Below are positions 50,369-59,639 of a stretch of 64,000 bases of DNA, one piece after another. The stretch comes from Candidatus Latescibacterota bacterium (lineage in GTDB: Bacteria; Latescibacterota; UBA2968), in assembly GCA_965222605.1 (NCBI GenBank), contig OZ244960.1:3840001-3904000 (forward strand). The letters run 5' to 3'. The notes under the pieces are model-generated. The model did not search any database. It saw nothing but the letters and a program-made list of their open reading frames with translations, and had not been told where the DNA came from. The position numbers and the translations under genes were made by a program. Numbering within the stretch: position 1 is the stretch's first letter; each line of letters starts with the position of its first letter.

Positions 50369-50751
50369 TGGGCTTGGATACCAATGTACTCGTTCGTTAT
50401 CTTACGCAAGATGATCCTGAACAATCGAGAATCGCAACACGCGAAATTGAGACAGATAACGTCTCCTTTTTCATCACATCCATGGGCATGTGCGAACTTG
50501 TTTGGGTGCTGGAAACGGCATATAATTATGACAGATCAACGATTTCAGACACACTTAAAAAAATACTTCAAACACGTCAATTCGCTTTTGACGATAGAGC
50601 ATTGATGGAGAAAGCACTGGCTGATTATAAAAAAAATAAAGAGGGTTTTTCGGATTATCTACTTGGTCATGAAAGCAAACAAGCTGGATGTGATAAAACA
50701 CTTACATTTGATCGTGCGCTGAAAAATCACGCGCTATTTCAAACCCTTTGA
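50365..50751 (+). CDS. VapC/PIN-domain toxin
   Basis: GLDTNVLVRYL, E.VWVL, FSD, TFD. Confidence 0.9.
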   Translation: MMGLDTNVLVRYLTQDDPEQSRIATREIETDNVSFFITSMGMCELVWVLETAYNYDRSTISDTLKKILQTRQFAFDDRALMEKALADYKKNKEGFSDYLLGHESKQAGCDKTLTFDRALKNHALFQTL

Positions 50752-50767
50752 AAATCGGGAGTTTGTT

Positions 50768-51031
50768 GTGTCACTCATCACAGTAACCCTTGATACCGAT
50801 CTGGCAGTTCTGTTGCAGGAACTTAATCAGCCTATTCAAGAAACGGCTCGTGAGATGATTATTCTGGAGCTATATCGTCGAGGAAGTATATCCAGTGGCA
50901 AAGCGGCTCAATTATTGGACATGTCACGCTGGGAATTTATTCAGCATGCATCTCAATTGGGCATTGCTTTTTTTGATCTCAATGCGGAGGAATGGAAGCG
51001 CGAACGACTTCAGGCTGATGAGACTGAGTAA
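50768..51031 (+). CDS. UPF0175 family protein (putative antitoxin), orphan
   Basis: LY..G.ISSGKAAQLL.MSRWEF. Confidence 0.85.
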   Translation: MSLITVTLDTDLAVLLQELNQPIQETAREMIILELYRRGSISSGKAAQLLDMSRWEFIQHASQLGIAFFDLNAEEWKRERLQADETE

Positions 51032-51136
51032 TTGATATTACGCACGGATGCATGTCACTGTTGGAATAAGATGGGATATTTTGTATATTTAAGAGGTCAA
51101 AAAGCCTGGTTTAATTATTAAAGGCACAATATTGAG

Positions 51137-51415
51137 ATGAATCTACACACCAAACATCCACTCGTCAAAGCCCTGGTTGCCGTATTGCTCGTTGGCGCGT
51201 TTGCCTTTGGATTTGGGCATGTGGTTGACCATGTTGAGCATGGTATCCATTGTGTTGTTTGCGATTGGGTTTATAGCTTTTTGGGTCTTATCAGTGCCAT
51301 AGTTGTTTTTGGTGCGTTATACGCCTGTTGTTTTTTCGCTTCGCCGAACGCCACATTAGTATCCCACCAGTTTTTCCTCTCGCCTCAGGGCCGATCCCCT
51401 CCGGTAGTCTCCTGA
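51137..51415 (+). CDS. Small membrane leader protein with His/CxxC and C-terminal RSPP (DUF2946/CutF/CruR-like putative arrest peptide)
   Basis: N-terminal hydrophobic segment, HVVDHVEHGIHCVVC, second hydrophobic segment, ...PQGRSPPVVS*. Confidence 0.7.
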   Translation: MNLHTKHPLVKALVAVLLVGAFAFGFGHVVDHVEHGIHCVVCDWVYSFLGLISAIVVFGALYACCFFASPNATLVSHQFFLSPQGRSPPVVS

Positions 51416-51554
51416 ATCTCGTAAGACAAACTTTTGCATTATCTTTTCATTTTTTGTATTTTTACGCCTTTTTTGCGAGCGCGGGCAGTGTGTCTTCCTC
51501 TGTGTGCTCTGCCCGTGCGGGCTGTACAGGTGATTTTACCATTCAGGAGACTGT
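51404..51554 (+). promoter_or_regulatory. Anti-SD / SD sequestering long-range stem
   Basis: AGTCTCCTGAAT (51406-51417) is the exact reverse complement of ATTCAGGAGACT (51541-51552), which contains the SD for ATG 51558. Confidence 0.75.
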
Positions 51555-51557
51555 ATC

Positions 51558-52049
51558 ATGTTTTTTGCAAGAAAAACGTTTCAACGCACTTTTGCCGTTG
51601 TGGCAGTTCTGACTCTGTTTGTGATTGGTTGTGGCAGCGAAGATCCCATGTCTGAACACGAAGAACATTTCGAACCCGAGGGTCTGGTTCTCATAGATTC
51701 GGGCAATCGGTTTTTCCGCTATTTTCAAGGACAGATTGATGCCAGTGGTGGTCGGGTAGGCGAACTCGAAGTTCCCAATGGTGGACTTACCGCTCAATGG
51801 AGCATTCGGTTCCTCGATGAAGATGGCGACGAAATTGATCCACCGGATGAGCCAGATGACAAATTTACCTCGACCATTGCCGATCCCACTGTTGTCGAAG
51901 TTTATCAGGCTCCCGCAGATGTGGGAAAATTTGAATTCCAGCTGCGCGGCCTCAAGGTAGGCGAAACCACTATTGTCCTCGAAGTCACGCACGACGATCA
52001 TATAGATTTTCGCACGGTCCCCATTCCCGTGCGTGTCGTAGATCAGTAA
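51558..52049 (+). CDS. Lipoprotein, putative metal-binding partner of the TonB receptor
   Basis: Lipobox VIGC, EHEEHFEPEG, HDDHIDF. Confidence 0.7.
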   Translation: MFFARKTFQRTFAVVAVLTLFVIGCGSEDPMSEHEEHFEPEGLVLIDSGNRFFRYFQGQIDASGGRVGELEVPNGGLTAQWSIRFLDEDGDEIDPPDEPDDKFTSTIADPTVVEVYQAPADVGKFEFQLRGLKVGETTIVLEVTHDDHIDFRTVPIPVRVVDQ

Positions 52050-52056
52050 CTGTCTT

Positions 52057-52096
52057 GCCCTCACCCGGTTTTCCCAGGATAGAGTGAGGGCTTTTT
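52057..52096 (+). terminator. Intercistronic hairpin with U-tract
   Basis: GCCCTCAC...GTGAGGGC TTTTT. Confidence 0.5.
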
Positions 52097-52114
52097 CTCA
52101 GATAGAGATACGTT

Positions 52115-54316
52115 TTGAAATTCACAGCTTCTATTCTGGTTGTTGTGTTCTGTTTTTCCGCGATCAGCGCGTCGGATGAGACGCGTTTGCTCGAGGGATA
52201 TGTTTTTGATAACAAGACTCAACGCGCAATTGGCAATGTCGATATCAAACTCGATGATGGCGCAGCGGGCACGATAACCGATGAACAGGGCCGTTTTGTC
52301 CTGCGTCTATCGGAGGGCGTTCATCGCCTGTCTTTTTTTCGTCTCGGCTATCGGACAGCGCGTCGAGAAGTGAAGGTCTCAGGCTCGAAACTTCCCATTC
52401 TGTACGTCGAAATGGTCGCCCAGGAAATCCAGATTGATACCATTAACGTGTTGGGAAAAGATGCGGAGACTCGCTTTGAAGAATTGTACGAAGCCACTGG
52501 CGTGCTTTCTGGAGATGAACTTCAGAAGAAATACAGCCTCACGCTTGCCGAGACGATGAAAAACGAGATTGGCGTTGCCATCCGCAGCATGGGCCCTGCA
52601 CCTGCTCGACCAGTTATACGCGGCCTCAGTGGCGACCGCGTGCAGATCAATATAGACGGTATCGAGACCCGTGATCTGTCTGCCACTTCTGCTGATCACG
52701 CTGTTACTCTCGAACCTTTTAATTCAGAACGCCTCGAAATTATCCGGGGGCCGCGCACGCTGCTTCACACGGCATCGGCTATTGGCGGGGTTATCAATGT
52801 CGTGAAACAGAAAATTCCCGAGGAGCATCCGCAGAGCATTTTTGGCAGTGTTGGTGCTTATGGAGAGACGGTCAATCGGGGATATCTCTCAGCCGCTGGT
52901 ATTACAGTGCCCGTGGGTCCGCTCGCGCTTTATGCCGAGACCACGTACCGCAATACCCGGGATGTGCAAACCCCCATTGGCAGGCTCGCCAATACACCTA
53001 TTGACACGCGCACGCATACGCTCGGTCTGTCATATCCCACTGATCGGGGGTATGTCGGTGCCTCTTTTGATCAGTTCGATACCCAATACGGCATTCCCGG
53101 CGGATTTATTGGCGGGCATCCCAATGGTGTAGATCTGGATATTGAGCGCCGCGTGTTTGATGGCAAAGCGGCCTACCATTTTGATCGCCAGGTGCTCAGT
53201 AGCGTAGAGATGGATTTTACCAGGACCTTCTATCATCACTTCGAGTTCGAATCCAGCGGCAGTATTGGGTCCGAGTTTTTGTTCCACGACTACGGCGGCG
53301 ATCTCAAATTGCATTTGAACACACAAGGCCAGACGCGAAATACCGTTCTCGCTCTCGGCTTTGGCCATCACAATCTCAAATTGGGCGCGTTTGTTTTTAC
53401 GCCGCCCACGCGAGAGCAAAACGCCTCCTTAGGTCTTTACCACGAATTTACCTATCGCGACATCGAATTTCAGGCCTCTGCTCGTTATACGTATGCCGAC
53501 TTTGATCCGCGTCCCAGAACAAGGACGACCGCGGATCTCGATGTAGATCGCACCTTTCACGCATGGTCTGCGGCGATCAGTCCGCTTGTGTCCATTACCG
53601 ACCGGGTAACCGGCGGTTTGAACCTTAGCCGATCCCAGCGCGTGCCCACGATTGAAGAGCTATACAACGATGGGCCGCATTTAGCTGCGTACACTTTTGA
53701 GGTGGGCAATGTCGATCTCGAGGCCGAAACGAGTCTGGGTTTCGAGGTTTTTTTTCACTATTTGCAACCAGGTCTCAATTTTGTTTTGAGCGGATATTGG
53801 AACGAGTTTGATATTTATATTGCTCCGCGCAATACCGGAGAGATCAATTTCGCCCAACTTCTGCCGATCTACGCTTCCGATGGTGTTGCCGCGCGATTTT
53901 TGGGTGTGGAGATGCATCTGGGGTGGCGTTTGAATACCCGTCTGAATCTGGAATTTAACGGCAGTTACGTGCGCGGCGAGAATAGGGATGAGGATTTGCC
54001 CTTGCCCGAAATGCCGCCGCTCAAGTTTGTTGGTAGCGCAACCTATGAGCACCCCTGGCTTACTGTTGGCGGGACTGCGGAATTTGTCGCAGGACAGGAT
54101 CGCGTGGATATATTCGAAGAGCCTACGGATGGCTATGCTGTTTTCAGTGTCTATGCCCAGCGCGACATTAACACCGACCATACCCGCCATAGTATTATTC
54201 TCTCTTTGGACAATCTTTTCAATACGGAATACCGCAACCATCTCTCGCGCATTCGATCCGTGATGCCCGAAACAGGGCGGAGTATTAAAGCGCATTACAA
54301 GATGTCTTTCTTTTAA
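52115..54316 (+). CDS. TonB-dependent receptor, ZnuD-like (metal uptake)
   Basis: GP..ARPVIRGL.G.RV, S.TSADHAV, YHHFE, ELY.DGPHLA, YRNHLSR. Confidence 0.85.
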   Translation: MKFTASILVVVFCFSAISASDETRLLEGYVFDNKTQRAIGNVDIKLDDGAAGTITDEQGRFVLRLSEGVHRLSFFRLGYRTARREVKVSGSKLPILYVEMVAQEIQIDTINVLGKDAETRFEELYEATGVLSGDELQKKYSLTLAETMKNEIGVAIRSMGPAPARPVIRGLSGDRVQINIDGIETRDLSATSADHAVTLEPFNSERLEIIRGPRTLLHTASAIGGVINVVKQKIPEEHPQSIFGSVGAYGETVNRGYLSAAGITVPVGPLALYAETTYRNTRDVQTPIGRLANTPIDTRTHTLGLSYPTDRGYVGASFDQFDTQYGIPGGFIGGHPNGVDLDIERRVFDGKAAYHFDRQVLSSVEMDFTRTFYHHFEFESSGSIGSEFLFHDYGGDLKLHLNTQGQTRNTVLALGFGHHNLKLGAFVFTPPTREQNASLGLYHEFTYRDIEFQASARYTYADFDPRPRTRTTADLDVDRTFHAWSAAISPLVSITDRVTGGLNLSRSQRVPTIEELYNDGPHLAAYTFEVGNVDLEAETSLGFEVFFHYLQPGLNFVLSGYWNEFDIYIAPRNTGEINFAQLLPIYASDGVAARFLGVEMHLGWRLNTRLNLEFNGSYVRGENRDEDLPLPEMPPLKFVGSATYEHPWLTVGGTAEFVAGQDRVDIFEEPTDGYAVFSVYAQRDINTDHTRHSIILSLDNLFNTEYRNHLSRIRSVMPETGRSIKAHYKMSFF

Positions 54317-54347
54317 TTTAGCGGTCCGATATGCTGCCCTTTACCAC

Positions 54348-54386
54348 GCCCCAGTTCAGTCTGCTGATCTGGGGCTTGCTCTTTTC
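54348..54386 (+). terminator. Probable terminator after the receptor gene
   Basis: GCCCCAG-TTCAG...CTGA-TCTGGGGC followed by a T-rich tail. Confidence 0.5.
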
Positions 54387-54463
54387 GAGGTCAAATCCTA
54401 TCTTTTGATTTGGGAAGGATAAAAAATAAATTTTGTAGCAAAATACACAAATGGAGGCCTGAA

Positions 54464-54703
54464 ATGGCAACCGATTCCATGTTGGCAGAAATTTTGAATA
54501 CAACGCGTTCTCTGTCAGTTGAGGAGAAAGTTCAATTGATTCGGGGTATGACCGATCAAGTCGAACAAGATCTTAAAGGTATAAAGAAGACTCAAAAGAG
54601 ATCTCTACGAGGTGTCTGGAAAGGACTGGACATCACAGATAGAGAGATTCGTCAAAACCGCGAGGAAATGTGGGGCAATTTCCCTCGAGAGGTTTCCCAA
54701 TGA
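54464..54703 (+). CDS. Putative antitoxin
   Basis: LS.EEK..LI, RSLRGVWKG..IT..EI...R.EMW; ATGA-coupled to a PIN gene. Confidence 0.7.
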   Translation: MATDSMLAEILNTTRSLSVEEKVQLIRGMTDQVEQDLKGIKKTQKRSLRGVWKGLDITDREIRQNREEMWGNFPREVSQ

Positions 54704-55101
54704 CTCGTGCAGTCACCGATACGCATGGTTTGATCTGGTATTTGGAGGGTAGCGTTCTTTTGGGATCCAAGGCCAGCCAAATTTTTGATGCCTGTGAACA
54801 AGGCGACGCTTTCATTTATATACCCACGATCTGTTTGGTCGAGATTCTTTATTTACAAGAAAAAGGTCGTATTCCACTTGAAAACCAGCAACTACTTCAA
54901 GATAATCTAAAAGCAGGTGAGAGCAATTTGGCTTTGGTAGATCTAACCCAGGATATTGTTCACAAAATAGCCGAGATACCCCGAACAATAGTGCCTGATA
55001 TGCCTGACCGCATCATTGCGGGTACTGCGCTGTATATGGAATTGCCGCTGATAAGTAAAGATGAAAAAATTCAGCAATCACAAGTAGCAACAATCTGGTA
55101 A
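54700..55101 (+). CDS. VapC/PIN-domain toxin
   Basis: VTDTHGLIWY, E..YL, DMPDRIIA.TA, LISKD. Confidence 0.9.
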   Translation: MTRAVTDTHGLIWYLEGSVLLGSKASQIFDACEQGDAFIYIPTICLVEILYLQEKGRIPLENQQLLQDNLKAGESNLALVDLTQDIVHKIAEIPRTIVPDMPDRIIAGTALYMELPLISKDEKIQQSQVATIW

Positions 55102-55129
55102 GTAGTCATTGAAACAGGAGTCTGTTGAC

Positions 55130-55843
55130 ATGCATCATTCCACTGAATCGAAAGAAAAACTCGATATTCTCGAACATGGCGCGCCTGTTGATGGGGAGCC
55201 GCAAACGAGTGATAGGCGGCTTTACATGCAGTTGCAGGTTTTTACGGGTGTCGGAGATGTCTATGCCGTATCTGAGGCACTCGAACGAAGTGGTCTCGAT
55301 GCGGCGCTCTATCTCGACGCGCACGATCCCTATGGCATTGGTATTGTTTTTTTGGCTGAATCACCCGATTTGTTTGTTACCGATATTCGCGCGCTGCTCA
55401 ATAGCGATCCATTCTCTGCCTGTACACGTCGTCCTGAACTCACCATGCTCGGGCGCACGTATGCCACGGGTTACGAGCCGGATCTCAAATACGCTCTTAT
55501 TGACCGACCGCGCGATAATGTGCTCAATCCCGAGTGGCCCTGGGCGATCTGGTACCCACTGCGCCGCAATGGGGCTTTTGCCCGCCTTGACCACAGGGAA
55601 CAGCGCAAAATTTTGATGGAGCACGCATCTATCGGACGCGCTTATGGACGCGAAGATTACGCGCACGATATTCGCCTGGCCAGCTATGGTCTCGATGCCG
55701 ATGATAATGATTTTATCATTGGTTTGATCGGTGCAGAACTCTATCCGCTCTCTCGCGTTGTGCAGGATATGAGAAAAACCCAGCAAACCGCACTTTATAT
55801 CGAAACGCTGGGTCCTTTTTTTGTGGGGAAAAAATATGAATAA
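55130..55843 (+). CDS. Chlorite dismutase / coproheme decarboxylase (ChdC/HemQ) family protein
   Basis: WYPLRR, LMEHA.IGR, YGLD..DNDF.IG, GPFFVG. Confidence 0.8.
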   Translation: MHHSTESKEKLDILEHGAPVDGEPQTSDRRLYMQLQVFTGVGDVYAVSEALERSGLDAALYLDAHDPYGIGIVFLAESPDLFVTDIRALLNSDPFSACTRRPELTMLGRTYATGYEPDLKYALIDRPRDNVLNPEWPWAIWYPLRRNGAFARLDHREQRKILMEHASIGRAYGREDYAHDIRLASYGLDADDNDFIIGLIGAELYPLSRVVQDMRKTQQTALYIETLGPFFVGKKYE

Positions 55844-55900
55844 GGGTGAGGATTAGTGATTGGTAAAAAATCGATAGCTGTTAATAGGAGAACAGGTGTT

Positions 55901-56708
55901 ATGCACGGAGATCACAGTGAAAGAGTCAGACTTAAGGAAGCTACAACCATTATCATTGCAGGTGGGGTCACAAACGGCATACTGGGAGCCGTAAAAATCG
56001 TCCTCGGTAGTTTTACAGGTTACCTCCCATTGATTGCTTCAGGGGTCCACTCGCTGTCGGACATTGTATCCGATGTCGTGGCTTGGGTCGCCGTGCTGAT
56101 GGGATCGCAGTCTAAGAAACAGCATGAAGATTTAAGGTTTCATTATGGTCGCCGTCGTATCGAAACTCTCCTGTCGCTTTTTGCAGCTTTTCTTCTGGCG
56201 TTCGTGAGTGTAGAACTGATCCTTGATGCTTTTGGCTATCACGGCCACGGTCATGGGATGTCCATAAATATTGTGAAAAAAGCGGAGATGCCTGTTACTA
56301 AAGACGATCATGGTCATGAACTTCCCGTAGAAACGCCTGATGCGAAAGAGGATCACGGTCACGAGCATCCCACAACGTCTGATACCAAAGAGGCCCACGG
56401 TCATGAACTTCCCGTAGAAACGCCTGATGCAAAAGAGGCCCACGGTCACGAGCATCCCATAGGCCATGATGAAGATGGCTCAAGTTATTTGTTCCTCATC
56501 AGTGTGGTCATCATCATTTCAATAATTGCCAAGGAAATATTTTTTCGCATTACTCGGCGAACCGGATATCACGATAGCAGAAGGGCATGATATCGCTAAA
56601 CAGGTCCGTGAGAATATTATGGATCAAGTGCCCAATGTGATTGATGTGACCACCCTGTTGACGCCTAAAGGTGAATACGTGCGGCAGTTTCTGGATTCGG
56701 ATGCATAA
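55901..56708 (+). pseudogene. Cation diffusion facilitator (CDF) with a His-rich loop, broken by an internal deletion/frameshift
   Basis: HSLSD, FHYG.RRIE in frame to 56590; the C-terminal dimerisation-domain remnant PDITIAEGHDIA...V.DV lies in another frame (to 56708); TM5-6 are absent. Confidence 0.75.
56300..56460 (+). repeat. Coding tandem repeat with an 87-bp period (four HGHE units)
   Basis: HGHELPVETPDAKE(D/A)HGHEHP occurs twice; cttcccgtagaaacgcctgatgc is repeated 87 nt apart. Confidence 0.9.
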
Positions 56709-56716
56709 GTGCTTTC

Positions 56717-57463
56717 TCACAACTTTTCCAAAATCATCTTACGCATCGCATATGCCATCAGGGGTGGGCACCATTTGCCCAGGAGGGCGAGCATTCGATT
56801 GTTGGCACCTGGGACGATAAGGTGTCTTTTCTTTTTTATGCCGCGAAAGATGTGGTGCGCCAATTTTGCGGGTGGCATGCGTTTTTCTTCGCGTGTGTTG
56901 TGTGGGCTGTGACGCCGCGCGTGGGCTGTGCGCGTTGGGCCGGGGAAAACTGTCATGACGTGAATATTCTGCGGTGCAAGGGCGATGGATAAACTGCGTG
57001 CGTAGGAGGCTAACCCGCTCTTGGTTGCAGCATAAGTTGCAGCACCCGGATAGCTTGTGTAGTGGGAAAGGGAGGAGATGAAGATTATGGACGCGCCTTT
57101 TGCGATCAGGTCGGCTTTTAGCAATGCCGCTGTGAGCACCATAGGTGCGTAGAAGTTCACGGCGATTATTTGTTCTTGATTTTCTATGTCTATGTTGGGA
57201 AATCGCCCCACGGCGTTGATGCCCGCGTTGTGAATCAATACGTCAATGGCTTTTCCCTGGATCAGTTCGGGGAGAACTCGCGCGATGTCCGTTTCAGAAC
57301 GCAGGTCTGCAATGACAAATCGCGCATTCAATTCCCGTTCGACTCTCGCTGCGCCCGCGGTATCTATATCCACGCCCGTTATGGCATGTCCCGCCTGTGC
57401 AAAGCAATGGGCAAGTGCTTTGCCGATTCCAGCCGCCGCGCCTGTAATGACCGCGTGTTTCAC
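56717..57463 (-). CDS. Short-chain dehydrogenase/reductase
   Basis: GTG start overlapping the upstream stop; VITGAAAGIG, HNAG, YAATK. Confidence 0.88.
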   Translation of the reverse strand: MKHAVITGAAAGIGKALAHCFAQAGHAITGVDIDTAGAARVERELNARFVIADLRSETDIARVLPELIQGKAIDVLIHNAGINAVGRFPNIDIENQEQIIAVNFYAPMVLTAALLKADLIAKGASIIFISSLSHYTSYPGAATYAATKSGLASYARSLSIALAPQNIHVMTVFPGPTRTAHARRHSPHNTREEKRMPPAKLAHHIFRGIKKKRHLIVPGANNRMLALLGKWCPPLMAYAMRKMILEKL

Positions 57464-58194
57464 GTTGCACGCACCATAGAGTTGACCATGCCTTCGCAAT
57501 AGCGTCCCAAAAATCGCGCCCAGGCGTTTCGCCGTCCAATTGTCACGACAAAACGCCGTCCATCTATCGCCTGTGTGATTTTTTGGGCGACCTGTTCTGC
57601 CGGTGGAAATCCTTTTGTCTTTTCGTTGTCCATGCCAATTTTTCGATGTAATCCCGTGTGTGTTGCACCCGGGTGAATGATCTGTACATTTATGTCGCCC
57701 TCGATTTGCAAATTGCGTCCCAGCGCGTTGAGGGCTTCTTTGCTCGCTGCGTACACGGCGTAATCGGGACAGGGAAAGGCATGTGTGATTGAGCCGATCA
57801 ATACGAGTTTTCCATTGGTTTTTTTCAGGTATGGAATCAGGGCGTGTGTCAAGCGCAAAGGGGCCATGAGGTTGACTGCGAGGATGTCTCGAATGCTTTC
57901 CGCGCTTTGCTCTGCGATGGATCCGAAATATCCGGTGCCAGCATTCTGAATCGCCAGATCTATGGCGTCGATTTTTTGCGCGTTCAGAAATTCGCATACC
58001 CGATTTGCACAATCGTTCTGCGATAGGTCTGCACGACAATATGTGTCTTTGGTGTACAACGCATCATTGAGTGCGCTCAGTGCGCGTCTGCCCACCATTA
58101 CCAACCGTTCTCCGCGCGCCCGATAGATTTTTGCAAGTGCCCGACCAATCCCATCTGTTGCGCCGGTGATCAAGACTGTTTTTTTTGATTTCAA
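57460..58194 (-). CDS. Short-chain dehydrogenase/reductase
   Basis: LITGATDGIG, QNAG, YAASK. Confidence 0.88.
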   Translation of the reverse strand: MKSKKTVLITGATDGIGRALAKIYRARGERLVMVGRRALSALNDALYTKDTYCRADLSQNDCANRVCEFLNAQKIDAIDLAIQNAGTGYFGSIAEQSAESIRDILAVNLMAPLRLTHALIPYLKKTNGKLVLIGSITHAFPCPDYAVYAASKEALNALGRNLQIEGDINVQIIHPGATHTGLHRKIGMDNEKTKGFPPAEQVAQKITQAIDGRRFVVTIGRRNAWARFLGRYCEGMVNSMVRAT

Positions 58195-58292
58195 AAAGGT
58201 TTCCTCACCTTTATCCCTGGCTGTGTGGATTTGCGCTTGACGCTTTTCTTTTCGTCATGTACTATGCTCCTAACTTAATGCAGGAGTTCCAC

Positions 58293-59495
58293 ATGATCCA
58301 GCGTCTTGAAACCCTTTATTATCAGTGTTTGCGTCATATCGAACAGGATCTCACACCTTTCCACATGCTGGTTGGTGCCAATGGTAGCGGTAAGACGACT
58401 TTTCTCGACGCTATTGCATTTTTTGGGGATTTTGTGCGCGATGGCCTCGATGCAGCTATTTACGGCCGGGCGAGTGATTTACGCGATCTGACCTGGCACG
58501 GTTTTGCAGATCGATTTGAAATCGCTGTTGAATTGGCTGTGCCCGCGCACGAATCCAATCTGTTTTCCGATCGGAATTTTTCGCGGTGTCGATACGAAAT
58601 CGCTATTGGCGTGACCGAAGAAAACGGTGAAGTCGGGATTCTCTCCGAGCGGGTGCTTTTGCTCACAGATATTCAGCGAGATGATCGCGCTGTTCAAGAA
58701 TCGCTTTTTGTCGTAGATAAGCCCACACCGCAAACTCTGGCGACGCCCAGGCTGCGCGGCGTCAAAACCATTGTCAATAAAGTACCTGGTGGCAATGATA
58801 AATTTTATGATGAATCCGGCACGGGATGGGATCCTTCTTTCAAACTCGGCGCGAGGCGTTCAGCTCTGGGCAATTTGCCCGAAGATGAATCGCGTTTTCC
58901 CATCGCAACATGGCTCAAACACATTCTTTCATACGGCATTCGCAAATTCGATCTCAACGGCGAACGCATTCGCCGCCCCAGTCCACCAGGGCAACCGCGC
59001 ACGCTGTTATCCGATGGTGCCAATCTACCCTGGGTGGTTGCTGCCCTGAAAGAGAATGAGCCGAGCAAGCATGCAGCCTGGCTGGCGCTTTTGCGCACTG
59101 TTTTGCCGGGTTTATCGGCTGTTCACACGGTTGTGCGTCCCGAAGATCAACACTGCTATCTCGTGGTCAAGCACCACAATGATCTCGAAACACCGTCGTG
59201 GATGTTGTCCGATGGAACTCTGCGCTTGCTGGCTCTAACATTGCTGGTTTATGCGCCCGATGGCGATGGGATATGTTTGCTCGAAGTTCCGGAAAACGGT
59301 CTTCATTCTGGCGCGGTAGAAGCGGTCTTCAAGGCATTTAGTGCTGTAGCACAACACGAGGATAGGGCGCGTGCCCAAATTTTGACCACTACGCATTCGC
59401 CCGTTGTTCTCGACCTGGCTGATCCGGAGCAATTGCTCTGTTTTGTGACTACTGAAACAGGTGCGACACAAATTGTATCGGGTGCTGACCAGTAG
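58293..59495 (+). CDS. AAA_21/ABC-type ATPase (defence-associated, MAD3-like), degenerate Walker B
   Basis: GANGSGKTT, LSDGTLRLL, LLEVPENGLH, TTHSP. Confidence 0.78.
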   Translation: MIQRLETLYYQCLRHIEQDLTPFHMLVGANGSGKTTFLDAIAFFGDFVRDGLDAAIYGRASDLRDLTWHGFADRFEIAVELAVPAHESNLFSDRNFSRCRYEIAIGVTEENGEVGILSERVLLLTDIQRDDRAVQESLFVVDKPTPQTLATPRLRGVKTIVNKVPGGNDKFYDESGTGWDPSFKLGARRSALGNLPEDESRFPIATWLKHILSYGIRKFDLNGERIRRPSPPGQPRTLLSDGANLPWVVAALKENEPSKHAAWLALLRTVLPGLSAVHTVVRPEDQHCYLVVKHHNDLETPSWMLSDGTLRLLALTLLVYAPDGDGICLLEVPENGLHSGAVEAVFKAFSAVAQHEDRARAQILTTTHSPVVLDLADPEQLLCFVTTETGATQIVSGADQ

Positions 59496-59560
59496 TGCTG
59501 GGTGGGCTGATGGCTGTTGACATATATGTAGCCTCCTGTTATATTGGTTTTACTAATAAT

Positions 59561-59639
59561 ATCTGACGCAACTGGCGAATATCCGGATAACCGGAGGGGA
59601 GCGTTAGAACTAAAAATTCAAGGGGTCGATCGCCTGGGC
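59561..59639 (+). ncRNA. ZMP/ZTP (pfl) riboswitch
   Basis: GCAACTGGCGAA..CCGG-ATAA-CCGGAGGGGAGCG...GTCGATCGCCTGGGC; directly upstream of purH. Confidence 0.88.

Noticed and set aside
56300-56460. Repeats with intervening sequence resembling a mini CRISPR array
   Set aside because: The period is in frame (87 bp), it lies inside a CDS encoding His repeats, there are no unique spacers and no cas genes are present
56717-58039. 440-aa ORF suggesting a fused SDR
   Set aside because: The N-terminal half is an alternate frame over the upstream SDR; the real start is GTG at 57463 overlapping its stop
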